Shown here: in pieces, positions 1 through 7,113 of the stretch
Position numbering within the stretch: position 1 is the stretch's first letter
Layout of the letters: every line of letters begins with the position of its first letter
UHGV virus genome: UHGV-0258858
Reading direction: 5' to 3' (one strand)
DNA from: a virus
DNA length: 13,232 nucleotides
Notes under the pieces: model-generated
The model's input: only the letters and a program-made list of their open reading frames with translations
What the model was told of the DNA's origin: nothing
Databases searched by the model: none
Position numbers and translations under genes: made by a program

Positions 1-849
1 CTGGTCATCAAACCCTTTCGTTGCGGCCTCGTTCGCCGCCTGCAATGCCCCGGCTTCATCGCCGGAACGCTGCAACTGAGCAACATACGCAATCTGCTCT
101 GCCGTCACGTTACGGAACTGGCGCGCCATCGCCATCAGTCCCGACGTCGGGTCAGTGGCCAGCTTCCCGAAGGCTTCAGCGACTTTATCCACCTCCACAC
201 CGGATGCAGACGCAAAACGCGCGACACTCTGGTTAATGGCATCAAACTGTTCACCACCACGCACACCGGCATTCACCAGGGCTGCCAGTGACTCTCCCGC
301 CTGGTTAAACGTCAGCCCTGCTGCCTGCCCGGCTCTTGAGAGCGTCAGCATACGATCGGCAGTCAGTCCGGCCTGATTGCCGGAAAGGACCAGCGTTTTA
401 TTAAATTCTGAAAGCGTGGAATCCCCCTGGTACCAGGCGTACGCCAGCGCACCGGTCGCCACCGCCAGCGAGGTGACCCCGACCATCGGCAGGCTGATCG
501 CACCGGCAAGCCCCCTGAACATGGGGATCATCCCGCCGAAGGAGTCCTTCACCTGACCGCCCTGTTGCAGCAGGATGAGCCAGGGATTCTGACCACCGGC
601 AAGCTGCGTGGCGATATCCGTAAACTGTGCGGGCAGGGTACGCATGGCTGCTTTATACTGCCCGACGGAAATCCCGGCTTTTTGTGCGGCCAGCGCCTGA
701 CGGTTCAGACTCTGCTCAACGGCACCGGCGGTTTTTCTGGCGTCGGTATCCAGTCCTGAAAAATGACGCCTTACCCGGCTCATCTGCTCATCGAAACGGA
801 CAGCATCCAGACTCAGGTCAATAACAAGATCACCAACCGGCTGGGACAT
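1..849 (-). CDS. H: Tail tape measure protein (lambda gpH-like), N-terminal 283 codons; gene continues beyond the window start
   Basis: ATG at 849-847 preceded by GGAGG (minus strand GGAGGTGTGAGATATG). Translation MSQPVGDLVIDLSLDAVRFDEQMSRVRRHFSG...AANEAATKGFDDQ closely matches the lambda gpH N-terminus as recalled. Frame stays open to position 1. Start overlaps the end of the G-T frame by 20 nt. Confidence 0.9.
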   Translation of the reverse strand, partial: MSQPVGDLVIDLSLDAVRFDEQMSRVRRHFSGLDTDARKTAGAVEQSLNRQALAAQKAGISVGQYKAAMRTLPAQFTDIATQLAGGQNPWLILLQQGGQVKDSFGGMIPMFRGLAGAISLPMVGVTSLAVATGALAYAWYQGDSTLSEFNKTLVLSGNQAGLTADRMLTLSRAGQAAGLTFNQAGESLAALVNAGVRGGEQFDAINQSVARFASASGVEVDKVAEAFGKLATDPTSGLMAMARQFRNVTAEQIAYVAQLQRSGDEAGALQAANEAATKGFDDQ

Positions 850-1701
850 ATCTCACACCTCCGGAAATCCCCGCTGAAGCCATCATTAATGCAACATCAT
901 CCTCGCTGACATCCACCACATCTGCAGAAGGTGAAATATCGCCCCCTCCCTCCCCACCGAACCGGACGCCTCCGGCAAGTCCTGCCGCTTTCTGCATCAG
1001 CATGTCTTCCTCATCCGGCATCTCCGTCTGCGCTTCCTCTCGCCGGGGAGCCAGCAGACTGAAATCCGAGGGATGCATATCCGGATCGCAAAAAAACAGG
1101 CTGAGTACGGCGTACATCAGCCCGGAAAAATGCATATCCAGTTGGGTATCCTGAAAATAATGCGTGCGGTAAAAACGGTGCCAGTCGGCATATTCGGTGG
1201 ATGTCATCCCGGCAAGCATGGCGCGCCAGTCGGGTCTCCCCATCTCACGCGCCAGTCTGAGGGCAAAGTTCAGCTCGCCGTCGAAGACTTTCCCGCAGAA
1301 AAATCATCATCAGTAAGCACGTTATTTTTCGCCACTTCGGTGCTGTCAGTATCCGCATGAACAGCCCCGCTCATCCCGGACAGACGTAACACCACCTCTT
1401 CCGCCCGGGCAATGGCATCAGCCGGCCAGGTCGTCAGCACATCCTGTTCGATCTGCATCACGGCCTCATTCATTGACAGCAGCTGCACTTTCTCCGGATG
1501 GTTATGCCACAGGGACATCGCCACCAGAAACGCGCCGGTTCTGACAAGATCTTCCACACTCACCTGCAGGTTGCCGCTGGCTTCAGCCTCTTCTGCCCGC
1601 CGTTTCAGCAGGGCAAGATGCTCGATACGCTGCAGCGCAGACAGCTCCGAAAGCGTGACAGACACACCGTTATATTCAAATTGTTCTGTTTTAAGAAACA
1701 T
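830..1701 (-). CDS. T: Tail assembly chaperone G-T fusion product made by programmed -1 frameshift (lambda gpGT-like); T-domain frame runs 830..1294
   Basis: The -1 frame following the slippery site reads KVFDGELNFALRLAREMGRPDWRAMLAGMTSTEYADWHRFY...GGVRYVPAGW (tracked ORF 830..1243), matching the lambda gpT domain. It has no independent start near the slip site. Confidence 0.8.
1270..1701 (-). CDS. G: Tail assembly chaperone (lambda gpG-like), 143 aa
   Basis: ATG at 1701 preceded by AGGAGA at 7-nt spacing. Product MFLKTEQFEYNGVSVTLSELSALQRIEHLALL... aligns with lambda gpG along its length. The 6 codons upstream in the tracked ORF start from a GTG with no ribosome-binding site and are rejected. 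Confidence 0.9.
   Translation of the reverse strand: MFLKTEQFEYNGVSVTLSELSALQRIEHLALLKRRAEEAEASGNLQVSVEDLVRTGAFLVAMSLWHNHPEKVQLLSMNEAVMQIEQDVLTTWPADAIARAEEVVLRLSGMSGAVHADTDSTEVAKNNVLTDDDFSAGKSSTAS
1288..1294 (-). promoter_or_regulatory. Programmed -1 ribosomal frameshift slippery heptamer G GGA AAG at the G/T junction
   Basis: Minus-strand GCG GGA AAG sits 7 codons before the G stop, the same heptamer and position used for lambda G-T frameshifting. The T-domain frame is open immediately downstream in -1. Confidence 0.8.
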
Positions 1702-1722
1702 GCGTGTTCTCCTAAACACCCG

Positions 1723-2811
1723 TTACGCGGCAGGGACATTAACGGTTACTGTCGCCAGAGCGACAAAATTACCGTTATCACTCATGACCACGACCGACGT
1801 TGTTCCTTTCTCAAGTGCGTTTACCGTCACTGTGTTCTCCTTCAACGTGGCTGTGGCCACCGCACGATGCACGGTCGACACCCTTAATGAAGGATCAGAC
1901 GCATTATCCGGCAACACAGCCACAGTAAGTGTGCCTGCCTTCCCTTTTTCTAGGGTCAGGGTTTCCGGTTTAATGGTCACACCGGAAACCGGCGTAATTT
2001 TAGTGAGATTTTCAGCCATCGACGGGCGTCCCACATTGGTAACTTTCACCGTTCTGGTGATCACTTCCTTCGCCGTCACGGCCTTACCGATACTGCTGAC
2101 CCAGCCACTGAACACATCCACCGTACCATTCGGGAACCGGATTTTATAGGCCCTGACATCCCCGCTTTCAAACCATGCGATAAGCCCTTTCTGACCTTTC
2201 TCACCCGGTTTCCAGGCCAGCGTAAAACTGGTATCACCTGCAGATTTCTGTCCCTGCCCGGTCGCGGTCCAGTCCGCGTCTTCATCATCCAGGTAGTTAT
2301 CATCGTAGGATTCAGCCGTCATCTCGCCCGGCGTCAGATCCTTCACCTTAGCCAGTCGCTGCCAGTCATCGTCTGACAACGGGTTTGCATAAGCATCAGC
2401 CTTGCCGTTGTAAACCCACAGAGTGGTACCGGCACCTTTTACCGGCTCCAGGGGATTTGGTGTTGCCATATCGTCATCACGATGATACTCATAGCCCTGC
2501 GTAACCATCGTGGTAATCAGTCCTGCCAGTGCCGGGATCGCAGTCATCGCCGGATAAATCCGGCTTTCCATCCACTGATCGAGCTCCGAATCAGGTACCT
2601 GTGCCGGTAAAAACACCTCAATATGCAGTGTGGCCCGCCAGGTATCTGCATCCAGCTCTTCACCGGTATACTCTGCATCCGTCAGATAAACCGCGATCGC
2701 AGGAAAATCCTCTTCGTCAAAAACAACGGGGCGACCATCAAACAGCGTCGCCCCGTGTTCATGCTGCTCGAGTGCATCCAGCACTGCGGCACGAATGTCA
2801 GTGTGTTTCAT
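1723..2811 (-). CDS. Single 362-codon ORF: tail terminator (lambda gpU-like, residues 1-114, 2470..2811) fused in frame to major tail protein with C-terminal Ig-like domain (lambda gpV-like, 248 aa, 1723..2469)
   Basis: N-terminus [28 protein letters not shown]...[10 protein letters not shown] matches lambda gpU residues 1-114. It is followed directly by [20 protein letters not shown]...VTVNVPAA, which matches lambda gpV from its initiator Met. There is no stop, intergenic spacer or ribosome-binding site between the two parts. The U start overlaps the Z stop (ATGA). Confidence 0.85.
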   Translation of the reverse strand: MKHTDIRAAVLDALEQHEHGATLFDGRPVVFDEEDFPAIAVYLTDAEYTGEELDADTWRATLHIEVFLPAQVPDSELDQWMESRIYPAMTAIPALAGLITTMVTQGYEYHRDDDMATPNPLEPVKGAGTTLWVYNGKADAYANPLSDDDWQRLAKVKDLTPGEMTAESYDDNYLDDEDADWTATGQGQKSAGDTSFTLAWKPGEKGQKGLIAWFESGDVRAYKIRFPNGTVDVFSGWVSSIGKAVTAKEVITRTVKVTNVGRPSMAENLTKITPVSGVTIKPETLTLEKGKAGTLTVAVLPDNASDPSLRVSTVHRAVATATLKENTVTVNALEKGTTSVVVMSDNGNFVALATVTVNVPAA

Positions 2812-3341
2812 CGTTTTATCGCAATCCTCAGTTGTTGTTTCAGCGCGTATGCCAGTTCTTTAGGCAGGCGTTCACGCCGGATACGGTCAACATTCTCATC
2901 AAATGCCTGTTTCAGTGGGGCCGCCATCGGGATTTTCACCACATCAATGGGGTAACGGTTTTTCCCGGCCACACGCTGCATGACATGCCAGCGACCATTT
3001 TTTAATCGCTGAATAAATGCCCGCTGATACCGATGCTGACCGGCTTTAAGTATGCTGTTCGGGCGACGCCCCAGCATCCTGATCCCCAGCTTAATCACAG
3101 GGAGATCACCGCGGTTAACGATAATTCTGGCATTCGGATTTCTGACCGTCGCCCGTTTCAGTCTGGACCGTTCCTTAACCAGTTTCCGGCGAACCTTTGT
3201 CTCCCGGGCAACCTGTGACGAAGACTGATTAATCGCCGTTGTGGCCACGCGGTTAATCGTCATTGCTGAAGCCGCCGGAATGGCGTTTTTACGAACCCGG
3301 CTCAGATTATCAATCGCCTGATCAAGCCCTTTTATCGCCAT
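2808..3341 (-). CDS. Z: Tail completion protein (lambda gpZ-like), 177 aa
   Basis: [16 protein letters not shown]...[23 protein letters not shown]...[26 protein letters not shown]...[15 protein letters not shown] aligns with lambda gpZ. ATG at 3341 is preceded by AGGGTGA. Confidence 0.9.
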   Translation of the reverse strand: MAIKGLDQAIDNLSRVRKNAIPAASAMTINRVATTAINQSSSQVARETKVRRKLVKERSRLKRATVRNPNARIIVNRGDLPVIKLGIRMLGRRPNSILKAGQHRYQRAFIQRLKNGRWHVMQRVAGKNRYPIDVVKIPMAAPLKQAFDENVDRIRRERLPKELAYALKQQLRIAIKR

Positions 3342-3356
3342 AATTTCACCCTGCGT

Positions 3357-3710
3357 TTATCGTCGCCGGTTAACAGCGGGTGGTTGCCCACGGTTGAGCC
3401 AGAGATAACAGCTTCCCCCGTCATCCGGAGAAACACGATCCACCCAGAACATCTCGCCGTTAATGGTCAGCGTGTCACCACGCTGCACGGCACGCACCGT
3501 ATCCGTCCGCACAAATAATGACGGGCTGCTTCCTTCAATACGGACCCCGCCACCGGCAAAACCCAGCGACTCCGGATCGTCAAAAACCCCCTGAACTTCG
3601 CTTCCACGCTGTGCTCCCGAGGTGAACTGCGCACAGAGCCCCATCACTTCAACAATCGTGCTGTCCACCCCGGCAAGGGCAGCATCAAAGGCATTCTGAA
3701 AATCACGCAT
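3357..3710 (-). CDS. FII: Head-tail joining protein (lambda gpFII-like), 117 aa
   Basis: MRDFQNAFDAALAGVD...GVFDDPESLGFAGGGVRIEGSSPSLFVRTDTVRAVQRGDTLTINGEMFWVDRVSPDDGGSCYLWLNRGQPPAVNRRR is near-identical in length and motif order to lambda gpFII. Confidence 0.92.
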   Translation of the reverse strand: MRDFQNAFDAALAGVDSTIVEVMGLCAQFTSGAQRGSEVQGVFDDPESLGFAGGGVRIEGSSPSLFVRTDTVRAVQRGDTLTINGEMFWVDRVSPDDGGSCYLWLNRGQPPAVNRRR

Positions 3711-3939
3711 GCTCAGCCGTTCCGTGCTGTATCATGGCTGTCGCCAGTGGTGATGGCACCATAACACGCATGCCCCGGTACGTCAGTTCAACGGGACGGC
3801 CTGTCTCCGGGCAATACCCCATCACATGCAGGCATTTCCGCACACGGACCGCTTTAACATCATCCGTAGCATCCGTGTTGTGCAACTGCTCACCATCGTC
3901 TGTGTGATTTTGATCAGCCCCGCTCTCATCAGAGTGCAT
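3703..3939 (-). CDS. FI: C-terminal portion of DNA-packaging protein FI (lambda gpFI-like), 78 aa, separated from the N-terminal portion by an in-frame TAA
   Basis: ATG at 3939 preceded by GGAGGG at about 6-nt spacing. Acidic linker-like N-terminus (SDESGADQNHTDDGEQLHNTDATDD) followed by a region resembling the lambda FI C-terminal domain. Same frame as the N-terminal piece. Confidence 0.6.
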   Translation of the reverse strand: MHSDESGADQNHTDDGEQLHNTDATDDVKAVRVRKCLHVMGYCPETGRPVELTYRGMRVMVPSPLATAMIQHGTAEHA

Positions 3940-3969
3940 AATGCCCTCCGGGGAAACAGCAAGCTCCTC

Positions 3970-4086
3970 TTACCACTCAGACACACGTTGAGCAATATCC
4001 GCAGCACTCCCCGACATATCCGCCTCTCGCCCCAGCAGGCCAGCCAGTTCACGAAGGCGATTCAGATTTTCTTCTTTTGTTGCCAT
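3970..4086 (-). CDS. FI: N-terminal portion of DNA-packaging protein FI (lambda gpFI-like), 38 aa, ended by an in-frame TAA
   Basis: ATG at 4086 preceded by AGGAGA at 7-nt spacing. MATKEENLNRLRELAGLLGREADMSGSAADIAQRVSEW resembles the lambda FI N-terminus (MTKDELIARLRSLGEQLNRD...LALRVAEL). TAA at 3970-3972. Not in the ORF track because it is shorter than the cut-off. Confidence 0.6.
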   Translation of the reverse strand: MATKEENLNRLRELAGLLGREADMSGSAADIAQRVSEW

Positions 4087-4099
4087 CTCAGTCTCCTGT

Positions 4100-4131
4100 G
4101 AAAAAAGACACGGGGGCATTTCGCCCCCGCT
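4100..4131 (-). terminator. Rho-independent terminator immediately downstream of the major capsid gene
   Basis: Minus-strand CGGGGGC-GAAAT-GCCCCCG (7-bp GC stem, 5-nt loop; 4111-4117 pairs with 4123-4129) followed by GTCTTTTTTC. It starts 7 nt after the gpE stop. Confidence 0.7.
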
Positions 4132-4137
4132 CACGGA

Positions 4138-5166
4138 TTATTTCACCTGCACCACCACAAACTCATCCGGATCCGGCAGCACCATCAGCGGTGCGGACTG
4201 CGTCATGGTGAATTCACGGGCCGGATCGCCCACAGTCAGCCAGTGTTTCGGATAACGGGAAGAGGCCACCACACCTTCGGACAACGCCTGCGCATCCTGA
4301 ATGGCACCATAGCAACGAATGCCCTCTGCTGCCGTATTCCCCAGGACCAGTGTGCCCTCCGGCAGATAACGTTTTTCGGTACCGTCCTCTGCCACATAAG
4401 ACGTTTTCGCCACCACAATGGCCAGATCGCCGTAATACCCCTTGAAGGACACCACCGCCCCCAGGTCTTTCACTGCCGTTTCGAGTTGTGAATTTGAGCC
4501 GCGACGGGTATCCAGGTTTTCGCGGAACAGCTTAAAGCCATTCAGCAGACGCCAGACCGTACCGTCCATAATGGCGATATTCACAAGGCCGCTGGCCTGA
4601 TCGCAGTAGAGGTCAATATCATGCGTCGGATCAAACGTATCACGGTCCTGCTCAGACCATTTTTTACCGTCAGCCTGCTCAATGTTATTTCCTTCAGAGC
4701 GCCCGAAATCCACCTCGACAGTATCAAACTGATCCCCTTCCATGGTGTATTTGCCATACAGCACGGCATTCACCGCCTGCATTTCTTCCACCTGGACAAT
4801 GGCGTGCTCTTCCTGTTTGAGGTTATCGGTAATGATACGCAGACGACGGTAGGCCGGGTCGTTCAGCTGAGCCGGATCTTCACCGGGAAGGCGCTCAACC
4901 GCCTGCTGGTAATTAAATTCGTGTTTCGGCTTAACGTAGCCCGGACGTAACACGCGGGTTTCACCACCGCGATGGCGAAGCACTTTTCCTTCAACGATCG
5001 GGGAGACATAGGCCGCCACCGGCGTTTTTCCGGTAATTTTGTCCAGCATCACCTCTTCGGTGTGGAAATTCACCGTACGGCGGAAAAACAGCTCCAGAAA
5101 CAGCGCACGGAATTTAACTTTTTGTTCGGTATAACCGAGTAACTGGCGGGTCGTAAACAATCCCAT
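4138..5166 (-). CDS. E: Major capsid protein (lambda gpE-like), 342 aa
   Basis: MGLFTTRQLLGYTEQKVKF...PGYVKPKHE...VQVEEMQAV...KYTMEGDQFD...LDTRRGSNSQLETAVKDLG...GDPAREFTMTQSAPLMVLPDPDEFVVVQVK is collinear with lambda gpE (341 aa). AGGA ribosome-binding site 8 nt upstream of the ATG. Confidence 0.95.
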   Translation of the reverse strand: MGLFTTRQLLGYTEQKVKFRALFLELFFRRTVNFHTEEVMLDKITGKTPVAAYVSPIVEGKVLRHRGGETRVLRPGYVKPKHEFNYQQAVERLPGEDPAQLNDPAYRRLRIITDNLKQEEHAIVQVEEMQAVNAVLYGKYTMEGDQFDTVEVDFGRSEGNNIEQADGKKWSEQDRDTFDPTHDIDLYCDQASGLVNIAIMDGTVWRLLNGFKLFRENLDTRRGSNSQLETAVKDLGAVVSFKGYYGDLAIVVAKTSYVAEDGTEKRYLPEGTLVLGNTAAEGIRCYGAIQDAQALSEGVVASSRYPKHWLTVGDPAREFTMTQSAPLMVLPDPDEFVVVQVK

Positions 5167-5194
5167 AAATCAGTTCCTTTCATTCAGAAATCAG

Positions 5195-5216
5195 TCAGGC
5201 CACCATGGTGGCCTGA
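5195..5216. repeat. Perfect 22-bp palindrome TCAGGCCACCATGGTGGCCTGA in the gpD-gpE intergenic region
   Basis: Every base pairs with its mirror partner (5195 with 5216 through 5205 with 5206). Lies between the gpD stop (5224) and the gpE start (5166). No flanking U-tract. Confidence 0.8.
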
Positions 5217-5223
5217 TAACGTG

Positions 5224-5571
5224 TTACGGCAGAGCCGCGTGACTCAGGGCTGTACCGGCAAAGGCATTTGCCTTTTTGTGTTCATCCACACTGTCAGGCC
5301 AGCGGATTGCCTCCGTCGCAAAGGTCCCCGACTTGTAATAGGTCAGCACCGTCTCTGTGCCTTCAAGCGGCAGTACCAGTATGCCAGCCGCACTACCGGC
5401 TTTCTGTCCATCCCAGACCACCAGTTTCCCGGTGGCTTCATCCAGCATCAGGGGCGTCAGAGCCGGTGTTGCCTGAGAAATCCCGCTGCTGCCTGTGGCG
5501 ATATGAGCCGGATCATTACCGGCAAAAATACGTACTTCTGCACGTTGTTCAGTGATGGTTTTCGTTACCAT
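5224..5571 (-). CDS. D: Head decoration protein (lambda gpD-like), 115 aa
   Basis: Motifs DPAHIATG...TPLMLD...KLVVWDG...GILV...YYKSGTF...FAGTA match lambda gpD. ATG at 5571 with GAGGT about 9 nt upstream. Confidence 0.9.
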   Translation of the reverse strand: MVTKTITEQRAEVRIFAGNDPAHIATGSSGISQATPALTPLMLDEATGKLVVWDGQKAGSAAGILVLPLEGTETVLTYYKSGTFATEAIRWPDSVDEHKKANAFAGTALSHAALP

Positions 5572-5607
5572 ATTGTAAAAACCTCATATTGATGGTCAGC
5601 ACTGACT

Positions 5608-7113
5608 TCATGGCATGGCCATGAGCATTTTCACGTCCGCATCACCGTCTGCTGACGTCTGTGACACGCCACCCTGCACGGCTGCCGGTGAATGGTTCGC
5701 CATGAAATGTTCAAACAGGGCGGTTGTGGATGCAGAGACCGGTTCTGCTTTATCCGGCAATGAGGACAGAATGTCGCGGGCAGCCTCCACCGTCATTCCG
5801 GGAAACGCCGCCAGTTTTTCAGCCTGCGCCTCAGCCCCTTTTGCCTCATCCAGAGCCATAATCTGATCACGGAGTGAGGGTCCGGCATCCGCCTGCGGTG
5901 AAGCCGCCAGGATCGGGCGGGCTTTTTCCACCGTCATCTCCGGCATCGCCGCCAGCGTTGCCGCCAGTTGTTCACGACCTTTAGCCTCTTCACACGCCAT
6001 AATGCGATCGGCTTCACTCTGCGTGGATGCCACCGGCTGCTGTGGTGCTGCCGCGGTCAGAATCGCCCGGGCCTGTTCAACGCTCATGCCCTGTTGTCCT
6101 GCCAGCATCGTGGCAAGGTGTTCACGTCCTTTCGCTTCCTGACACGTCAGGATCCCCATCACTCGCTGGTTCTCCTGCGCGGCAGCTTCCGTTGCAGTTA
6201 ATTGCGGCATAGTGCCTCCTGTATCATGTGTGTTCAGCGCCGCAGCCATCACGCTGATGGCATCCGACGCATTGATTAATTCATCCGCCAGCCCGGCCTC
6301 AATGCCGGACTGACCTTCAAAAACGGCGGCCTCTGTTCCCGTGACTGCATCAACAGACAGACCGGTATACATCGCCACTTTTTCGGCAAACATCCGGCGC
6401 GCCGCATCAATCCGCTGCTGCATGTCCTGGCGAACCTCTTCCGGCAACGCTTCAAACCGATTGCCATCCACCTTGTGCGCCCCTGAGTAAATCAGCGTGA
6501 TATCCACACCGGCCTGCGCCAGATGACCGGCATAGCTGACATGGCTCATCATCACGCCAATGGAGCCGATACGGGATGTCTGGGTAACCAGCCGTCGGGA
6601 GCAGGCCGACGCCAGCAGCATGGCTGCAGAACAGGCCGTGTCATTGCACAGTGCCCAGACCGGCTTCTGCTGACGGAGGCGGTAAATCATGTCAGCACAG
6701 TCAAACGCACCGGCGGCCTGCCCGCCCGGACTGTCAATGTCCAGCAGTACACCCCGCACCTGGCTATCCGCCATTGCCTGCTGAAGACAGGCGACAATGC
6801 CGTCATAGCCTGTCATTCCGGAAAATGGCCGCATACCCCCCAGCCGGTGCACCAGCGTGCCTGTCACCGGCAGTACAGCAATACCGTTCACCACCCGGTA
6901 AACACGGGCCGGTCGTTTACCTCCGGCCATGTACTCGTCCGTTTCAGCCAGCATTCCGGGTGCATCAAGCTGTACCTGCTGTTGTGGTACCGAAAGACTT
7001 GCTGCCCCCATCTCGCGCCCGAGCGCGCAAAAGAAAACCCGCGCATAGGCGGGCTCCAGAAGCAGCGGTTCATTGAATGCTGCTGCAATAATGTGTGAAA
7101 GATTACGTCTCAC
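5608..7113 (-). CDS. C: Prohead protease / scaffold (lambda gpC-like, S49 ClpP-fold peptidase N-terminal domain with Nu3-like scaffolding C-terminal region), 501 codons from a GTG start
   Basis: N-terminal LSHIIAAAFNEPLLLEPAYARVFFCAL...VNGIAVLPV(T)GTLV...GMTGYDGI...LLDIDSPGG...AFDCAD...KPVWAL...SRRLVTQTSRIGSIGVMM...VDITLIYSGAHKVDGN aligns with lambda gpC. GTG at 7113 preceded by AGAGGAGA and overlapping the portal stop. Confidence 0.9.
   Translation of the reverse strand: MRRNLSHIIAAAFNEPLLLEPAYARVFFCALGREMGAASLSVPQQQVQLDAPGMLAETDEYMAGGKRPARVYRVVNGIAVLPVTGTLVHRLGGMRPFSGMTGYDGIVACLQQAMADSQVRGVLLDIDSPGGQAAGAFDCADMIYRLRQQKPVWALCNDTACSAAMLLASACSRRLVTQTSRIGSIGVMMSHVSYAGHLAQAGVDITLIYSGAHKVDGNRFEALPEEVRQDMQQRIDAARRMFAEKVAMYTGLSVDAVTGTEAAVFEGQSGIEAGLADELINASDAISVMAAALNTHDTGGTMPQLTATEAAAQENQRVMGILTCQEAKGREHLATMLAGQQGMSVEQARAILTAAAPQQPVASTQSEADRIMACEEAKGREQLAATLAAMPEMTVEKARPILAASPQADAGPSLRDQIMALDEAKGAEAQAEKLAAFPGMTVEAARDILSSLPDKAEPVSASTTALFEHFMANHSPAAVQGGVSQTSADGDADVKMLMAMP

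Noticed and set aside
21-824. Plus-strand ORFs of 64-73 aa (21..236, 155..376, 565..759, 627..824)
   Set aside because: They are antisense to the open, lambda gpH-like tape-measure frame, have no ribosome-binding sites, and their translations are low-complexity Pro/Arg/Ser-rich as expected from GC-rich antisense sequence.
1412-2149. Plus-strand 245-aa ORF and the nested 129-aa ORF (1498..1887)
   Set aside because: Antisense to the strongly supported gpG and gpV coding regions; Ser/Thr/Cys-rich with no recognisable features. Long antisense ORFs are common opposite GC-rich genes.
3822-4052. Minus-strand 76-aa ORF overlapping the FI region in a different frame
   Set aside because: Cys/Arg-rich with no ribosome-binding site; the FI-like frame explains this region.
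6523-7098. Plus-strand 191-aa and 141-aa ORFs antisense to the gpC protease gene
   Set aside because: Overlap the conserved S49-type protease domain on the opposite strand, have no ribosome-binding site, and show Arg/Pro/His-rich composition typical of spurious frames.
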